Assembly (NCBI GenBank): GCA_043750895.1
Contig: JAYVAS010000194.1
Coordinates: 1-39,089, forward strand
DNA length: 39,089 bases
Reading direction: 5' to 3'
Source of the DNA: Pseudomonadota bacterium
GTDB taxonomy: Bacteria > Myxococcota_A > UBA796 > SXON01
Part shown: positions 24,949 through 33,313 of the stretch, piece by piece
How positions within the stretch are numbered: the stretch's first letter is position 1
Layout of the letters: each line of letters opens with the position of its first letter
The notes under the pieces: generated by a model
What the model was told of the DNA's origin: nothing
Database searches by the model: none
What the model saw: the letters and a program-made list of their open reading frames with translations, nothing else
Translations under genes and position numbers: made by a program

Positions 24949-26832
24949 CTATTCGGGCTCGCTCGAGCAGACCGGCGCGCCCCACGCGACGAGGTCGTCG
25001 CCGGTGTCGCACTCCGTGGCGTCCGCGTTCCCGCCCCCGACGATCAGCAGCGTGATGTCGGTGAGGTCGGCCGGAGCGCCGGGGATCTCCAGGTACGCCG
25101 ACTCGGAGAGCCAGCCCGCGGGGAGCGGAGCCGACCAGGTGTCGGTGGTCAGGAGGACCTGGCCGGAGGGCGTGGTGCCCCAGACCTGGAGGTTCACGTT
25201 GCCGGTCACGTCGAGGTTGCCGTTGTTCCCGATGGCGTACCAGATCCAGACGGTGCCCCGATCACACTCGTCGGCGCAGACGTCCCGGATGACCGGGTAG
25301 AGGCTCTGGGCGTGCGGGATGCTCGGTCCGGCGCGGAAGTTGTTGTCCCCTTCCCAGCTCGGGGCCCCGCCGCTCGGGATGGTACCGTCGTCGAGGACGT
25401 TGGTGGTGGCGTAGTCGGCCTGGTTCCACACGGTACGCGCGGTGGTGAAGCCGTCGGTGTCGCTAAGGGCCATCAGCGACCCGCTCGCGTCCACCGCGAC
25501 GATCTCCGCCGCGTAGTCCCCGTCCAGATCGACGACCGGGATGGACCCGGCACAGCGGGTGCTGCTCATCGGGTACTCGCCGAGGGTCTCGCCCGAAGCG
25601 CCCTCGATGATCCGGAGCCCGCTGGGGCCGGCCCAGATGACCTCCCAGGAGCCGTCACCGTCGAGGTCGTAGGCCGAAGCCCCACCGCGGTCGGTGGAGG
25701 AGGCGGAGTCGGACAGGTCCCAGAACTCCGAGCCGTCACCGCGGAAGGTCACGAGGCGATTCGCCGTGGGGACGATGACCTCGGGGGCGCCGTCGCCGTC
25801 GATGTCGGCGATCGCCGCCGCGCTGGGGAGCGCGTCGCCCAGGTTGTCGAACCAGAGCTCGTTGCCCTCGTGGTCCATGACGGTGACGCCATCGCCGTTG
25901 GTCATCACGAGCTCGGGCAGGCCGTCGAGGTCCAGGTCCGCGATCGCGACCGAGCCGTCCTCGCCCCCGTTGGCCCAGAGCGTGGTGCCGTCCATCCGGT
26001 AGGCCGCGTTGCCGACGACGACTTCGCGCACCCCGTCCCCGTCGAGGTCGGCGGCGATCGACATCCCCATGTAGTTGCCGATGCCCAGGCCGTCGCCCTC
26101 GTCACCGCTGGAGATGAGCGTGCCGGTGGGTCCGTCGATGATCTGGCTGCCGAGGTAGACCTCGACCACGCCGTCCCCGTCGAGGTCGGCCATGCCGTGG
26201 GCACCGCAGGAGCCCTTGTCCTTGGACGAGTAGCTCGGGCCGACCCACAGCACGCCGCCGGTCCGCCCGTTGAGCGCGGTGGTGGCGTAGTTGGAGTCGA
26301 GCACCACCTCGGGGAAGCCGTCCCCGTCGACGTCGCCGATGGTGGGGATGGAGCCCATGGAGCTACCGAGGTACTTCGACCAGATCTCCCGGCCGTCAGA
26401 CCCGCGCACGGCGTGGATGGTGGTGGCGACGTCCATGACGACGACGTCCGGGTCGTCCAGCTCGTCCACGACGCCGTCTCCGTTGTCGTCCGTGAGCTGC
26501 CCGACCACGGCCGGGACGTTGGAACCACTGGCGAGCGGGATCTCCCACTTCGGTTCCATCTCCCAGTCCGGCGTGGCGGGGCCGCCGGGGCAGCTCTCCA
26601 CCATGGGGATCGCCTCGGCAGGGAAGTGACGGTCCTGGCAGTACTGAGGAGGCTCGGTGACCGAGGTGTCGGTGGTCACGGTGTCCGTGGTGTCGGTGTC
26701 CACGATGACCTCACCACCGGTGTCGAACGGTTCCGGGTCCTTCTCGTCGCCGCCGAGCGAGTTGTCAATCGCGCAGGCGCCGAGGAACAGCGCGAAAGGA
26801 AGGCAGGCTCGACTGAGATGAGTAAGGCGCAT
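24949..26832 (-). CDS. FG-GAP/VCBS repeat beta-propeller lipoprotein with CARDB-like C-terminal domain
   Basis: Start trimmed to ATG 26832 (GGAG plus 7 nt). The lipobox is MRLTHLSRACLPFALFLGAC, followed by an Asp/Thr linker. At least 7 repeats carry D-x-D-G-D-G calcium-binding-like loops (IGDVDGDGFPEVV, MADLDGDGVVEVY, AADLDGDGVREVV, IADLDLDGLPELV, IADIDGDGAPEVI, AYDLDGDGSWEVI, VVDLDGDYAAEIV). Confidence 0.88.
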   Translation of the reverse strand: MRLTHLSRACLPFALFLGACAIDNSLGGDEKDPEPFDTGGEVIVDTDTTDTVTTDTSVTEPPQYCQDRHFPAEAIPMVESCPGGPATPDWEMEPKWEIPLASGSNVPAVVGQLTDDNGDGVVDELDDPDVVVMDVATTIHAVRGSDGREIWSKYLGSSMGSIPTIGDVDGDGFPEVVLDSNYATTALNGRTGGVLWVGPSYSSKDKGSCGAHGMADLDGDGVVEVYLGSQIIDGPTGTLISSGDEGDGLGIGNYMGMSIAADLDGDGVREVVVGNAAYRMDGTTLWANGGEDGSVAIADLDLDGLPELVMTNGDGVTVMDHEGNELWFDNLGDALPSAAAIADIDGDGAPEVIVPTANRLVTFRGDGSEFWDLSDSASSTDRGGASAYDLDGDGSWEVIWAGPSGLRIIEGASGETLGEYPMSSTRCAGSIPVVDLDGDYAAEIVAVDASGSLMALSDTDGFTTARTVWNQADYATTNVLDDGTIPSGGAPSWEGDNNFRAGPSIPHAQSLYPVIRDVCADECDRGTVWIWYAIGNNGNLDVTGNVNLQVWGTTPSGQVLLTTDTWSAPLPAGWLSESAYLEIPGAPADLTDITLLIVGGGNADATECDTGDDLVAWGAPVCSSEPE

Positions 26833-26926
26833 ATTCGCTCCGGAGGTCGGCGTGTCGTCCGACGGGGGGTGGTTGGCAAAGGCAGTGTAGCAGTGCTCTT
26901 GAGGAAGAAGAACGAAATCTTTGCCG

Positions 26927-26942
26927 GGCGTGTGACAGATGG
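26927..26942 (+). repeat. copy 2 of identical 16-mer GGCGTGTGACAGATGG
   Basis: Exact match to 21328-21343. It lies in the FG-GAP/MopB divergent intergenic region, which is visibly AT-richer than its surroundings. Confidence 0.9.
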
Positions 26943-27007
26943 AGACAGGTGGGCGCGCACATCGGAGACGCGGCCCAGCCCGGCCCGGTGGTTGGTTAGG
27001 ACGGGGC

Positions 27008-28921
27008 ATGGCCGAGCTCCACACCACCTGCAACCGTGATTGCCCCGACGCCTGCGGTCTCATCGCCACCGTCGTGGACGGCCGCGTCACGCGGCTCCGC
27101 GGGGATCCGGACCACCCCGTGACCCGCGGCTTCCTCTGCCATCGCACCGGTGCCTACCTCGACACCCAGTACAGCCCGGATCGGCTCCTCCACCCCCTCA
27201 TCCGCCGGAATGGCACGCTGGAGCCGGCCTCGTGGGCCGAGGCCATCGACCTCATCGCCGCGACGATGGTGCGGATCCGCGCGGAGTCGGGCCCCGAGGC
27301 CATCTTCCACTACCGCTCCGGCGGCTCCCTCGGATTCCTGAAGGGGGTCACCGACGCCTTCTTCGACCGGTTCGGGCCCGTCACGATCAAGTCGGGGGAC
27401 ATCTGCTCCGGCGCCGGCGACGCCGCGCAGCTCGCCGACTTCGGCGAGGAGGACAGCCACGACGTCTTCGACCTCCTCAACGCCCGCCACATCCTGCTGT
27501 GGGGGAAGAACCCGGTCGTGTCGGGGCCGCACCTGGTTCCCATCCTGAACGAGGCCAAGGCCCGCGGCGCCACCCTCGTGTCGGTGGACCCGGTCTGGCA
27601 CGGCAGCAGCCGCCTCGCCGACCGCAGCTACCAGCCCCGGCCCGCCGGGGACTTCGCCCTGGCGATGGCGACCGCCCGGGTGCTCTTCGACCGGGGCCAC
27701 GTGACCGCCGACGCGGCCGCCCGCTGCGACAACCTCGACGCCTTCCGCGCCCTCGCGTACGCCCGGAGCCTCGCCGATTGGTGCGCCGCCGCGGACCTCC
27801 CGGTGCAGGCGGCCGAGGACCTGGCCGACTGCCTCGGGCCGGGCGCCCCGTGCACCATCCTGGTCGGGTGGGGGATGGGACGTCGCGCGAACGGGGGCGC
27901 CATCGTCCGCGCGCTCGACGCGCTGAGCGCCATCTCCGGCAACCTCGGGGTGCCCGGCGGGGGGGTCTCGTTCTATTTCAAGCGCCGCAAGGCCTTCGTG
28001 GCGCCGCTGCCCGTCGGTCCCCCGCCGCGTACCATCAGCGAGATCACCATGGGCGCCGACCTGCTGGCGGCCGATCCGCCCATCCGGATGATGTGGGTGA
28101 CCGCGGGAAACCCCGCGGTCATGCTGCCCGACTCGGCGCAGGTCGCCCGCGCGATCGCCAGCCGCGAGTTCGTGGTGGTGGTGGACGCCTTCGTCACCGA
28201 CACCGCCGCCCTCGCCCACGTGGTGCTCCCCACCACCACCATCCTCGAAGAGGACGACATCGTCGGCGCCTACGGGCACCACTGGCTCGGGGTGGTCAAC
28301 CCGGTCGTCCCGCGGCCCGAGGGGGTGCGGTCCGACCTGGAGATCACGCAGATGCTGGCGGATCGCCTCGGGATGCCCGGTTTCGACGCGGCGCCGCGGA
28401 CCTGGAAGGAACGTTCCCTCGCGCCCGCGCTCCTGGCCCACGGGGTCGACCTGGCCCGCCTCGAAGCCGGCGCCGTCCGCAACCCCCTCGCCGAGGCCGT
28501 GCTCTTCGCCGGGCGCCCGTTCCCGACTCCCACCGGGCGGGTCAACCTGCTCACCAGCGCCGCCGATCCGGCCCCGGATGTGCCCGGCTACCCGTTGTGG
28601 TTGCTGTCCCTGTCCACCGCCGGCTCGCAGTCCTCCCAGTGGGCCCACGCGCACACCGGCCCCCTCGTCGCGACGGTGCATCCCGACGCCTGCCCGGTGC
28701 CGGATGGCGCGACGGCCCGCGTCGAGTCGGCGATCGGCACGCTCACCGTGGTGGTGAAACACGACGCCCGACAGCGGCGCGACGTGGTGATCCTCCCCAA
28801 GGGGGGGCACCACCGTGCCGGCCGGGCGGCGAACGCGCTGATCCGCGCCCAGGTCACCGACATCGGCGAGGGGGCCGCGCTCTACGACGAGCGCGTCCGC
28901 ATCGTGGCCGAACCCGGATGA
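27008..28921 (+). CDS. molybdopterin (MopB superfamily) oxidoreductase, cytoplasmic type
   Basis: ATG 27008 follows AGGACGGGG. The N-terminal 4Fe-4S motif is C-x3-C-x3-C...C (CNRDCPDAC...FLC). MopB blocks are LLWGKNPVVSGPH and GATLVSVDP. The C-terminal MGD-binding barrel is VATVHPDACPVPDGATARVESAIGTLTVVVKHD. Codons 26939-27007 have poor GC3. Confidence 0.9.
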   Translation: MAELHTTCNRDCPDACGLIATVVDGRVTRLRGDPDHPVTRGFLCHRTGAYLDTQYSPDRLLHPLIRRNGTLEPASWAEAIDLIAATMVRIRAESGPEAIFHYRSGGSLGFLKGVTDAFFDRFGPVTIKSGDICSGAGDAAQLADFGEEDSHDVFDLLNARHILLWGKNPVVSGPHLVPILNEAKARGATLVSVDPVWHGSSRLADRSYQPRPAGDFALAMATARVLFDRGHVTADAAARCDNLDAFRALAYARSLADWCAAADLPVQAAEDLADCLGPGAPCTILVGWGMGRRANGGAIVRALDALSAISGNLGVPGGGVSFYFKRRKAFVAPLPVGPPPRTISEITMGADLLAADPPIRMMWVTAGNPAVMLPDSAQVARAIASREFVVVVDAFVTDTAALAHVVLPTTTILEEDDIVGAYGHHWLGVVNPVVPRPEGVRSDLEITQMLADRLGMPGFDAAPRTWKERSLAPALLAHGVDLARLEAGAVRNPLAEAVLFAGRPFPTPTGRVNLLTSAADPAPDVPGYPLWLLSLSTAGSQSSQWAHAHTGPLVATVHPDACPVPDGATARVESAIGTLTVVVKHDARQRRDVVILPKGGHHRAGRAANALIRAQVTDIGEGAALYDERVRIVAEPG

Positions 28922-29979
28922 TCCTGCTCCTCGCCGGGTGCATCGGCTTTTCCCGGTACATGCCGCTTCCCCTGGAGGAGCCGACGACGCTCCCGGCGCC
29001 CGAGCTCCGCCTCGTGCTGGCCGGCGATGGCGGCCTCACCGAACCCGACCCGAAGCACGACCACGCCGGTCTCACCGAGGCGCTCACCGCCTCGATGCGC
29101 GCCGCCGCCGCCGAGGTGGCGTCACGGCGGGTGATCTGGCTCGGGGACAACGTCTACGAGGCCGGGATCGGCCCGCGCGGCGCCGACCGGGGCCGCTCCA
29201 TCCTCGCCGCCCAGATCGCGGCCGGGCCGACCGCGGCGGACGTCGCCTTCGTACCAGGGAACCACGACTACCTCCAGGTCTCCACCTTTCGTACCCGGCT
29301 GCTCCGCGAAGCCGACCTGGTCCGGAGCGCCGGTGCGTCGGCCCTGGCCTACGACACCCCGGTGGAGCGCTGGGAGCCGCCCGGCACCGACACCATCGTG
29401 CTGTTCATCGACAGCGAGCGGGCCATCGAACAGACCTACGGGGGCCGGGTGACGACCCTCGCCGCGGTGGCCGACGCCGCCCGCACCGGCCGGCCCCTGG
29501 TCCTCCTCTCCCACCACCCGGTGGCCAGCGCGGGGACGCACGGCCAGCCCGTGGGCGGCCTCCGCCTCTTGGACACGGAGCTGGCCAACGCCACCTACCG
29601 CACCTGGGCCACCGACGTGGTCGAGGCCCTGGACGGCGCCCCCGCGCTCTTCGTGTCGGGTCACGACCACTCGCTGCAGGCGCTGGCGGTGGAGCGTCCG
29701 GACGGCCCGGCGTTCACCCAGGTGATCAGCGGGTCGGCGGCCAAGGGGGACTACGCGGCGGAGCCCGACGGGCGGGTGGACGGTCGCCCCGGGTACGCCG
29801 TCGTCGACCTGCGGGGAGAGGTCGCGCAGATCCGCCTGGTGGTGGTGATCCCGGCGGCAGACGCCCAGGGTGCCGATGCCCGCTGCGTCCCCATCGCCGA
29901 GCACCCGGCGTTCCAGGCCTGCAGCCGCGGAATTTCCACCGTGAACCTGGGTCGCACGCCGAACCGGCGCCCGGACTGA
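28918..29979 (+). CDS. metallophosphoesterase (calcineurin-like)
   Basis: ATG 28918 overlaps the MopB stop (ATGA). Motifs are LAGDGG, WLGDNVYE, VPGNHDY, LLSHHP and SGHDHSLQ. The N-terminus MILLLAGC is lipobox-like but very short. Confidence 0.85.
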   Translation: MILLLAGCIGFSRYMPLPLEEPTTLPAPELRLVLAGDGGLTEPDPKHDHAGLTEALTASMRAAAAEVASRRVIWLGDNVYEAGIGPRGADRGRSILAAQIAAGPTAADVAFVPGNHDYLQVSTFRTRLLREADLVRSAGASALAYDTPVERWEPPGTDTIVLFIDSERAIEQTYGGRVTTLAAVADAARTGRPLVLLSHHPVASAGTHGQPVGGLRLLDTELANATYRTWATDVVEALDGAPALFVSGHDHSLQALAVERPDGPAFTQVISGSAAKGDYAAEPDGRVDGRPGYAVVDLRGEVAQIRLVVVIPAADAQGADARCVPIAEHPAFQACSRGISTVNLGRTPNRRPD

Positions 29980-30011
29980 GCGTAGACTGAGCCACACACC
30001 GGGAGTCCCCG

Positions 30012-31532
30012 ATGGGACCTGTCCTTCTGTTGTGGTTGGTGGGGTGCAGCGACTTCGAGCTGGAAGAAGTGAAGCAGACCGTGCCCGAGGGCCTTCGCGA
30101 CCTGACCGTGGAGCCGGGGGAGGTCGACTTCGGCGTCCTGGCCACCACGACCCCCACCGCCCAGACGGTGCGGATCACCTCGGTCGGCGACGCGCCCATC
30201 ACGGTGTCCAACGTCGACGTCGCCGGCTCCTCCGCGTACCAGATCACCTGGGCGTCGACCGCGACCACGCTCAACCCCGGCGACAGCGCCGACGTGCTCG
30301 TCACCTACACCCCTCAGTCCTTCGACGATCAGGCGTCGCTCTCCGTCTACAGCAACGGCGTCGACCCCATCGTCTCCGTCCCCCTGTTCGGTGCGGGCAC
30401 CTTCCCTGCCATCCGGGTGGACCCGAGCTCGCTCCACTTCCAGTCCAACGCCGGTGAGCCCGTCACCCTGACCGCCGAGGTGCAGAGCATCGGGACCGCC
30501 GATCTGGTGGTCAGCACCTCGGTGCTCGAGGGGGCGCAGTTCTCCGCGGTCGTGCCGACGCCGTTCACGCTCGCGCCCGGCGACCACACCACGCTGGAGG
30601 TCACCTACACCCCGAGCGCCGAAGGGGAGACGGTCTCCGGCAACCTCTGGCTCGGGACCAACACGGTGTCCGGCTACGCCCTGGTCCCGCTCGAAGCGCA
30701 CGAGGGTCCGGTCTGCATCGGGTTGGGAGAGGCCTGGGATCGCGGCCTGCTCGAGGTTCGCAGCGACAACACCGGCATGAACGTGCTGTTCGAGAACCTG
30801 TCGGCCGACGAGGACATCTGCATCGACCGTTGGTACGTCCTGCTCGCCGACAACTCCCAGGATCTGGGCGCCGGGGACATGGAGTTCGACGTCGGCGGGG
30901 ACTACCCCAGCGGCACCCTGACCATCGCGCCCGGCGACAGCCTCCGCTTCAAGGCCGCGGCCCCCACCGACAGCGCCTGGTGGTGCCTCGAGCTGGACCA
31001 GTACATGCAGCCGAACATGCCCTACCAGTTCACGGGGGCGCGGGTCTTCGATCCGGTGCTGGGCAACATGACCGGCCAGAACCAGCAGGCCATCTGGGAC
31101 TACCAGGACGCCCACCCGCTGTTGATCGCGGGGCGGGTCACCAACTACGTGGAGGTGCCCACCAGCGGGGGTACGGCGGCGATCGAGCTGCGGCCGTTCA
31201 ACATGGGGAGCGCCGACGGGACCGGCGAGCTGCGGGAGACCCTCCCCGCCGGGTGGAGCGCCGACGACGTCGACCCCAGCCCGAGCCGGGTGATCGAGAA
31301 CTCCGACGGTTCCACCACGCTGCTCTTCGACCTGGACCTCGTGGGGCGGGTCCACGGCGGGTCGAATTACTCAGCGACCTGGTACGACGAAGTGACCATC
31401 ACCTACACCCTCTCGGCCCCCGCCTGCGTGGGCCGTCAATACCTCCCGGTGATGGAGACGCGCTGGACCGACGCCGACGGCGAAGACCGTACGGACAACG
31501 CCAATCCGCTGGTGGTGAACTGCGTGGAGTGA
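30012..31532 (+). CDS. lipoprotein with Ig-like (choice-of-anchor D/ASH type) repeats, paralogous N-terminal architecture to 4019..5626
   Basis: GGGAG RBS. The lipobox is MGPVLLLWLVGC. Repeats are VDFGVLATTTPTAQTVRITSVGDAPITVSNV and LHFQSNAGEPVTLTAEVQSIGTADLVVS. The C-terminal ~260 aa belongs to an unknown family. Confidence 0.85.
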   Translation: MGPVLLLWLVGCSDFELEEVKQTVPEGLRDLTVEPGEVDFGVLATTTPTAQTVRITSVGDAPITVSNVDVAGSSAYQITWASTATTLNPGDSADVLVTYTPQSFDDQASLSVYSNGVDPIVSVPLFGAGTFPAIRVDPSSLHFQSNAGEPVTLTAEVQSIGTADLVVSTSVLEGAQFSAVVPTPFTLAPGDHTTLEVTYTPSAEGETVSGNLWLGTNTVSGYALVPLEAHEGPVCIGLGEAWDRGLLEVRSDNTGMNVLFENLSADEDICIDRWYVLLADNSQDLGAGDMEFDVGGDYPSGTLTIAPGDSLRFKAAAPTDSAWWCLELDQYMQPNMPYQFTGARVFDPVLGNMTGQNQQAIWDYQDAHPLLIAGRVTNYVEVPTSGGTAAIELRPFNMGSADGTGELRETLPAGWSADDVDPSPSRVIENSDGSTTLLFDLDLVGRVHGGSNYSATWYDEVTITYTLSAPACVGRQYLPVMETRWTDADGEDRTDNANPLVVNCVE

Positions 31533-31541
31533 CGTCCAACC

Positions 31542-32414
31542 TCAGGCCTCCCAAACCCCCGCCAACGGCCCCGCGAACCGCTCCACCGCGGCGTGATCCA
31601 CCGCCATCTGGACGAAGGGATCCCAGCGGCAGATCAGATCCCGCCGCACCTCCACGCACAGGCTCCGGCCCGGCCAGCGCGCCGCGTGGTGGAACGCCTG
31701 GGTGCTCGGGTGCATCGGGTAGGTCTGGCCGTCGGCCACGGTGACGCCCAGCGCCGCGAAGTCGTGGGTCAGGCGGGCCAGCGTCGCCTCGGGGACCAGG
31801 AGCGTCCCGTCCAGCGCCCGTCCGATCACGTCCACCTCGGGGCGCAGGGGCCAGGTCGGGGCGACCTCCAGGCTCCACGCGCGGCGGAGCGAGGCCACGA
31901 TGTCCAGGTCCACCTCCACGTCCACCGACCGGGGCGCGTAGGTGTGCAGCATCAGCGCCCGCCCCTGGACGGCGTCGACGAGGCGCGTGGCCTCGGCCAC
32001 GTAGGCGGCGTGCAGGTCGCGCAGGAGCGCGAGATCGGCGGGATCGGTGATCCACGGCGGCACCCCGGGGGTCACCTTGCCGGCGCGGTAGGCCGCCGGG
32101 TCCACGTCGATCACCCGGTTCACGTCGATGAAGGTGCGGGGGATCTCGGCGACGAGCACCGCCACGCACGCCTCGGGGCGGCGCGCGACCCACCGGCGGG
32201 CGACAGCGTCGGCCAGCTCGGGTGCGCCCGCATCGGTGTTCACGTGGAAGAAGTCGACCAGGTCGGCGGCGCCGGGGGCATTGAGCCGCGCCCGCAACGT
32301 GTCGAAGTGGGACGTCCGGGTCGCGCCGTGCGGGACCTCGACGAGGTGGGTGGGCGCCGACGCGGCGTGGGCGCCCCGGTGCAGGTGGAGGGTGTAGACG
32401 CCGGGGAGGGACAT
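31542..32414 (-). CDS. N-formylglutamate amidohydrolase (FGase) family protein
   Basis: The pattern resembles PF05013: VEVPHGAT..., ...IPRTFIDVNR..., ...ALMLHTY..., ...SLCVEVRRDL. This is a family-level call from motif memory only. Confidence 0.62.
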   Translation of the reverse strand: MSLPGVYTLHLHRGAHAASAPTHLVEVPHGATRTSHFDTLRARLNAPGAADLVDFFHVNTDAGAPELADAVARRWVARRPEACVAVLVAEIPRTFIDVNRVIDVDPAAYRAGKVTPGVPPWITDPADLALLRDLHAAYVAEATRLVDAVQGRALMLHTYAPRSVDVEVDLDIVASLRRAWSLEVAPTWPLRPEVDVIGRALDGTLLVPEATLARLTHDFAALGVTVADGQTYPMHPSTQAFHHAARWPGRSLCVEVRRDLICRWDPFVQMAVDHAAVERFAGPLAGVWEA

Positions 32415-32436
32415 GGGCGAAGGACTACGCGGGCGC

Positions 32437-33285
32437 CTACCCTCCGTCCACTCGCGCCAGCGAGAGCCGTACCCGCGTCACGTCGTCGCGCGCGGGCTCG
32501 TAGCCGCTGTACCCCACCGCAACCGACAGCTCGGCCGAGGCCAGCCCGTAAACCAGGGTGCCGTCGGCCGGCTCGACCCAGGACCACGCCCCGGTGCGGG
32601 CCCAGAGCGCGACCCCCGTGGCACCGTCCGCGTCGAGGATGAGCCCCTCGCCCCGAAGTTGCAGTTCCGCTTCGATGAAGGCGGTGCGCCGCCCCTCGAC
32701 CACGCTCCAGCCCCGGAAGGTGTAGGTCGCGTCGATCCCGAAGTGGACGCGCAACACCCGGTCATCGACGGGGAGCTCCACGTCGAACACCCGCTGGCGG
32801 GTCCACGACCCACCGACGGCCACCGGGCGATCCGGAGGCGGCAGCCGAAGCTGGTCGGCCAGCCCGGTGATCATCGAGGTGAGGGTAGACGCGGTCGATC
32901 CCGGGGCGCCTTCCAGGGTCGTACCCACCACGGTGCCGTCGGCGCGCTCGGTCCACCGGGACACCGGAGGCGCGGGAACCCCGGCGAGATCGGCCGCCGA
33001 GACGTTCCCGAAGTCGGTCCACGCGTCCACCACGGATGCCATCGGCTCCGCGCGCCACACCCGCGACCCATCGGCGTTGGTGCCGACCACCGCGACCCGC
33101 ACGTCCGACTGGGTGAGCACGACGAGCCCGAGCTCCCGGGCCGGCGTCAGCTCCTGCTGCACGCGGTAGACGACCGGGTCGGGGACCCGACCCGATGCCG
33201 GTCGGGCCAGCGTGAACGGCGTCATGTCGGACCCGACCGCGAAGGGCGGCGCGGCGGCGAGGGCAAGCGCGGCGGAGAGAAACAT
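32437..33285 (-). CDS. hypothetical secreted protein
   Basis: Start trimmed to ATG 33285, which gives signal peptide MFLSAALALAAAPPFAVGS. The protein is beta-rich and I recognise no motif. Its stop lies 22 nt upstream of the FGase-like gene, so an operon is likely. Confidence 0.7.
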   Translation of the reverse strand: MFLSAALALAAAPPFAVGSDMTPFTLARPASGRVPDPVVYRVQQELTPARELGLVVLTQSDVRVAVVGTNADGSRVWRAEPMASVVDAWTDFGNVSAADLAGVPAPPVSRWTERADGTVVGTTLEGAPGSTASTLTSMITGLADQLRLPPPDRPVAVGGSWTRQRVFDVELPVDDRVLRVHFGIDATYTFRGWSVVEGRRTAFIEAELQLRGEGLILDADGATGVALWARTGAWSWVEPADGTLVYGLASAELSVAVGYSGYEPARDDVTRVRLSLARVDGG

Positions 33286-33313
33286 CCGACGGGGAGGGTA
33301 GCGCGGAGCGGAG

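Noticed and set aside
26939-27007. Longer MopB start (METGGRAHRRRG...) that might look like a Tat signal
   Set aside because: Third-position G/C drops to roughly half in these 23 codons. No hydrophobic h-region follows the RRR. ATG 27008 has an RBS and sits right before the Fe-S motif.
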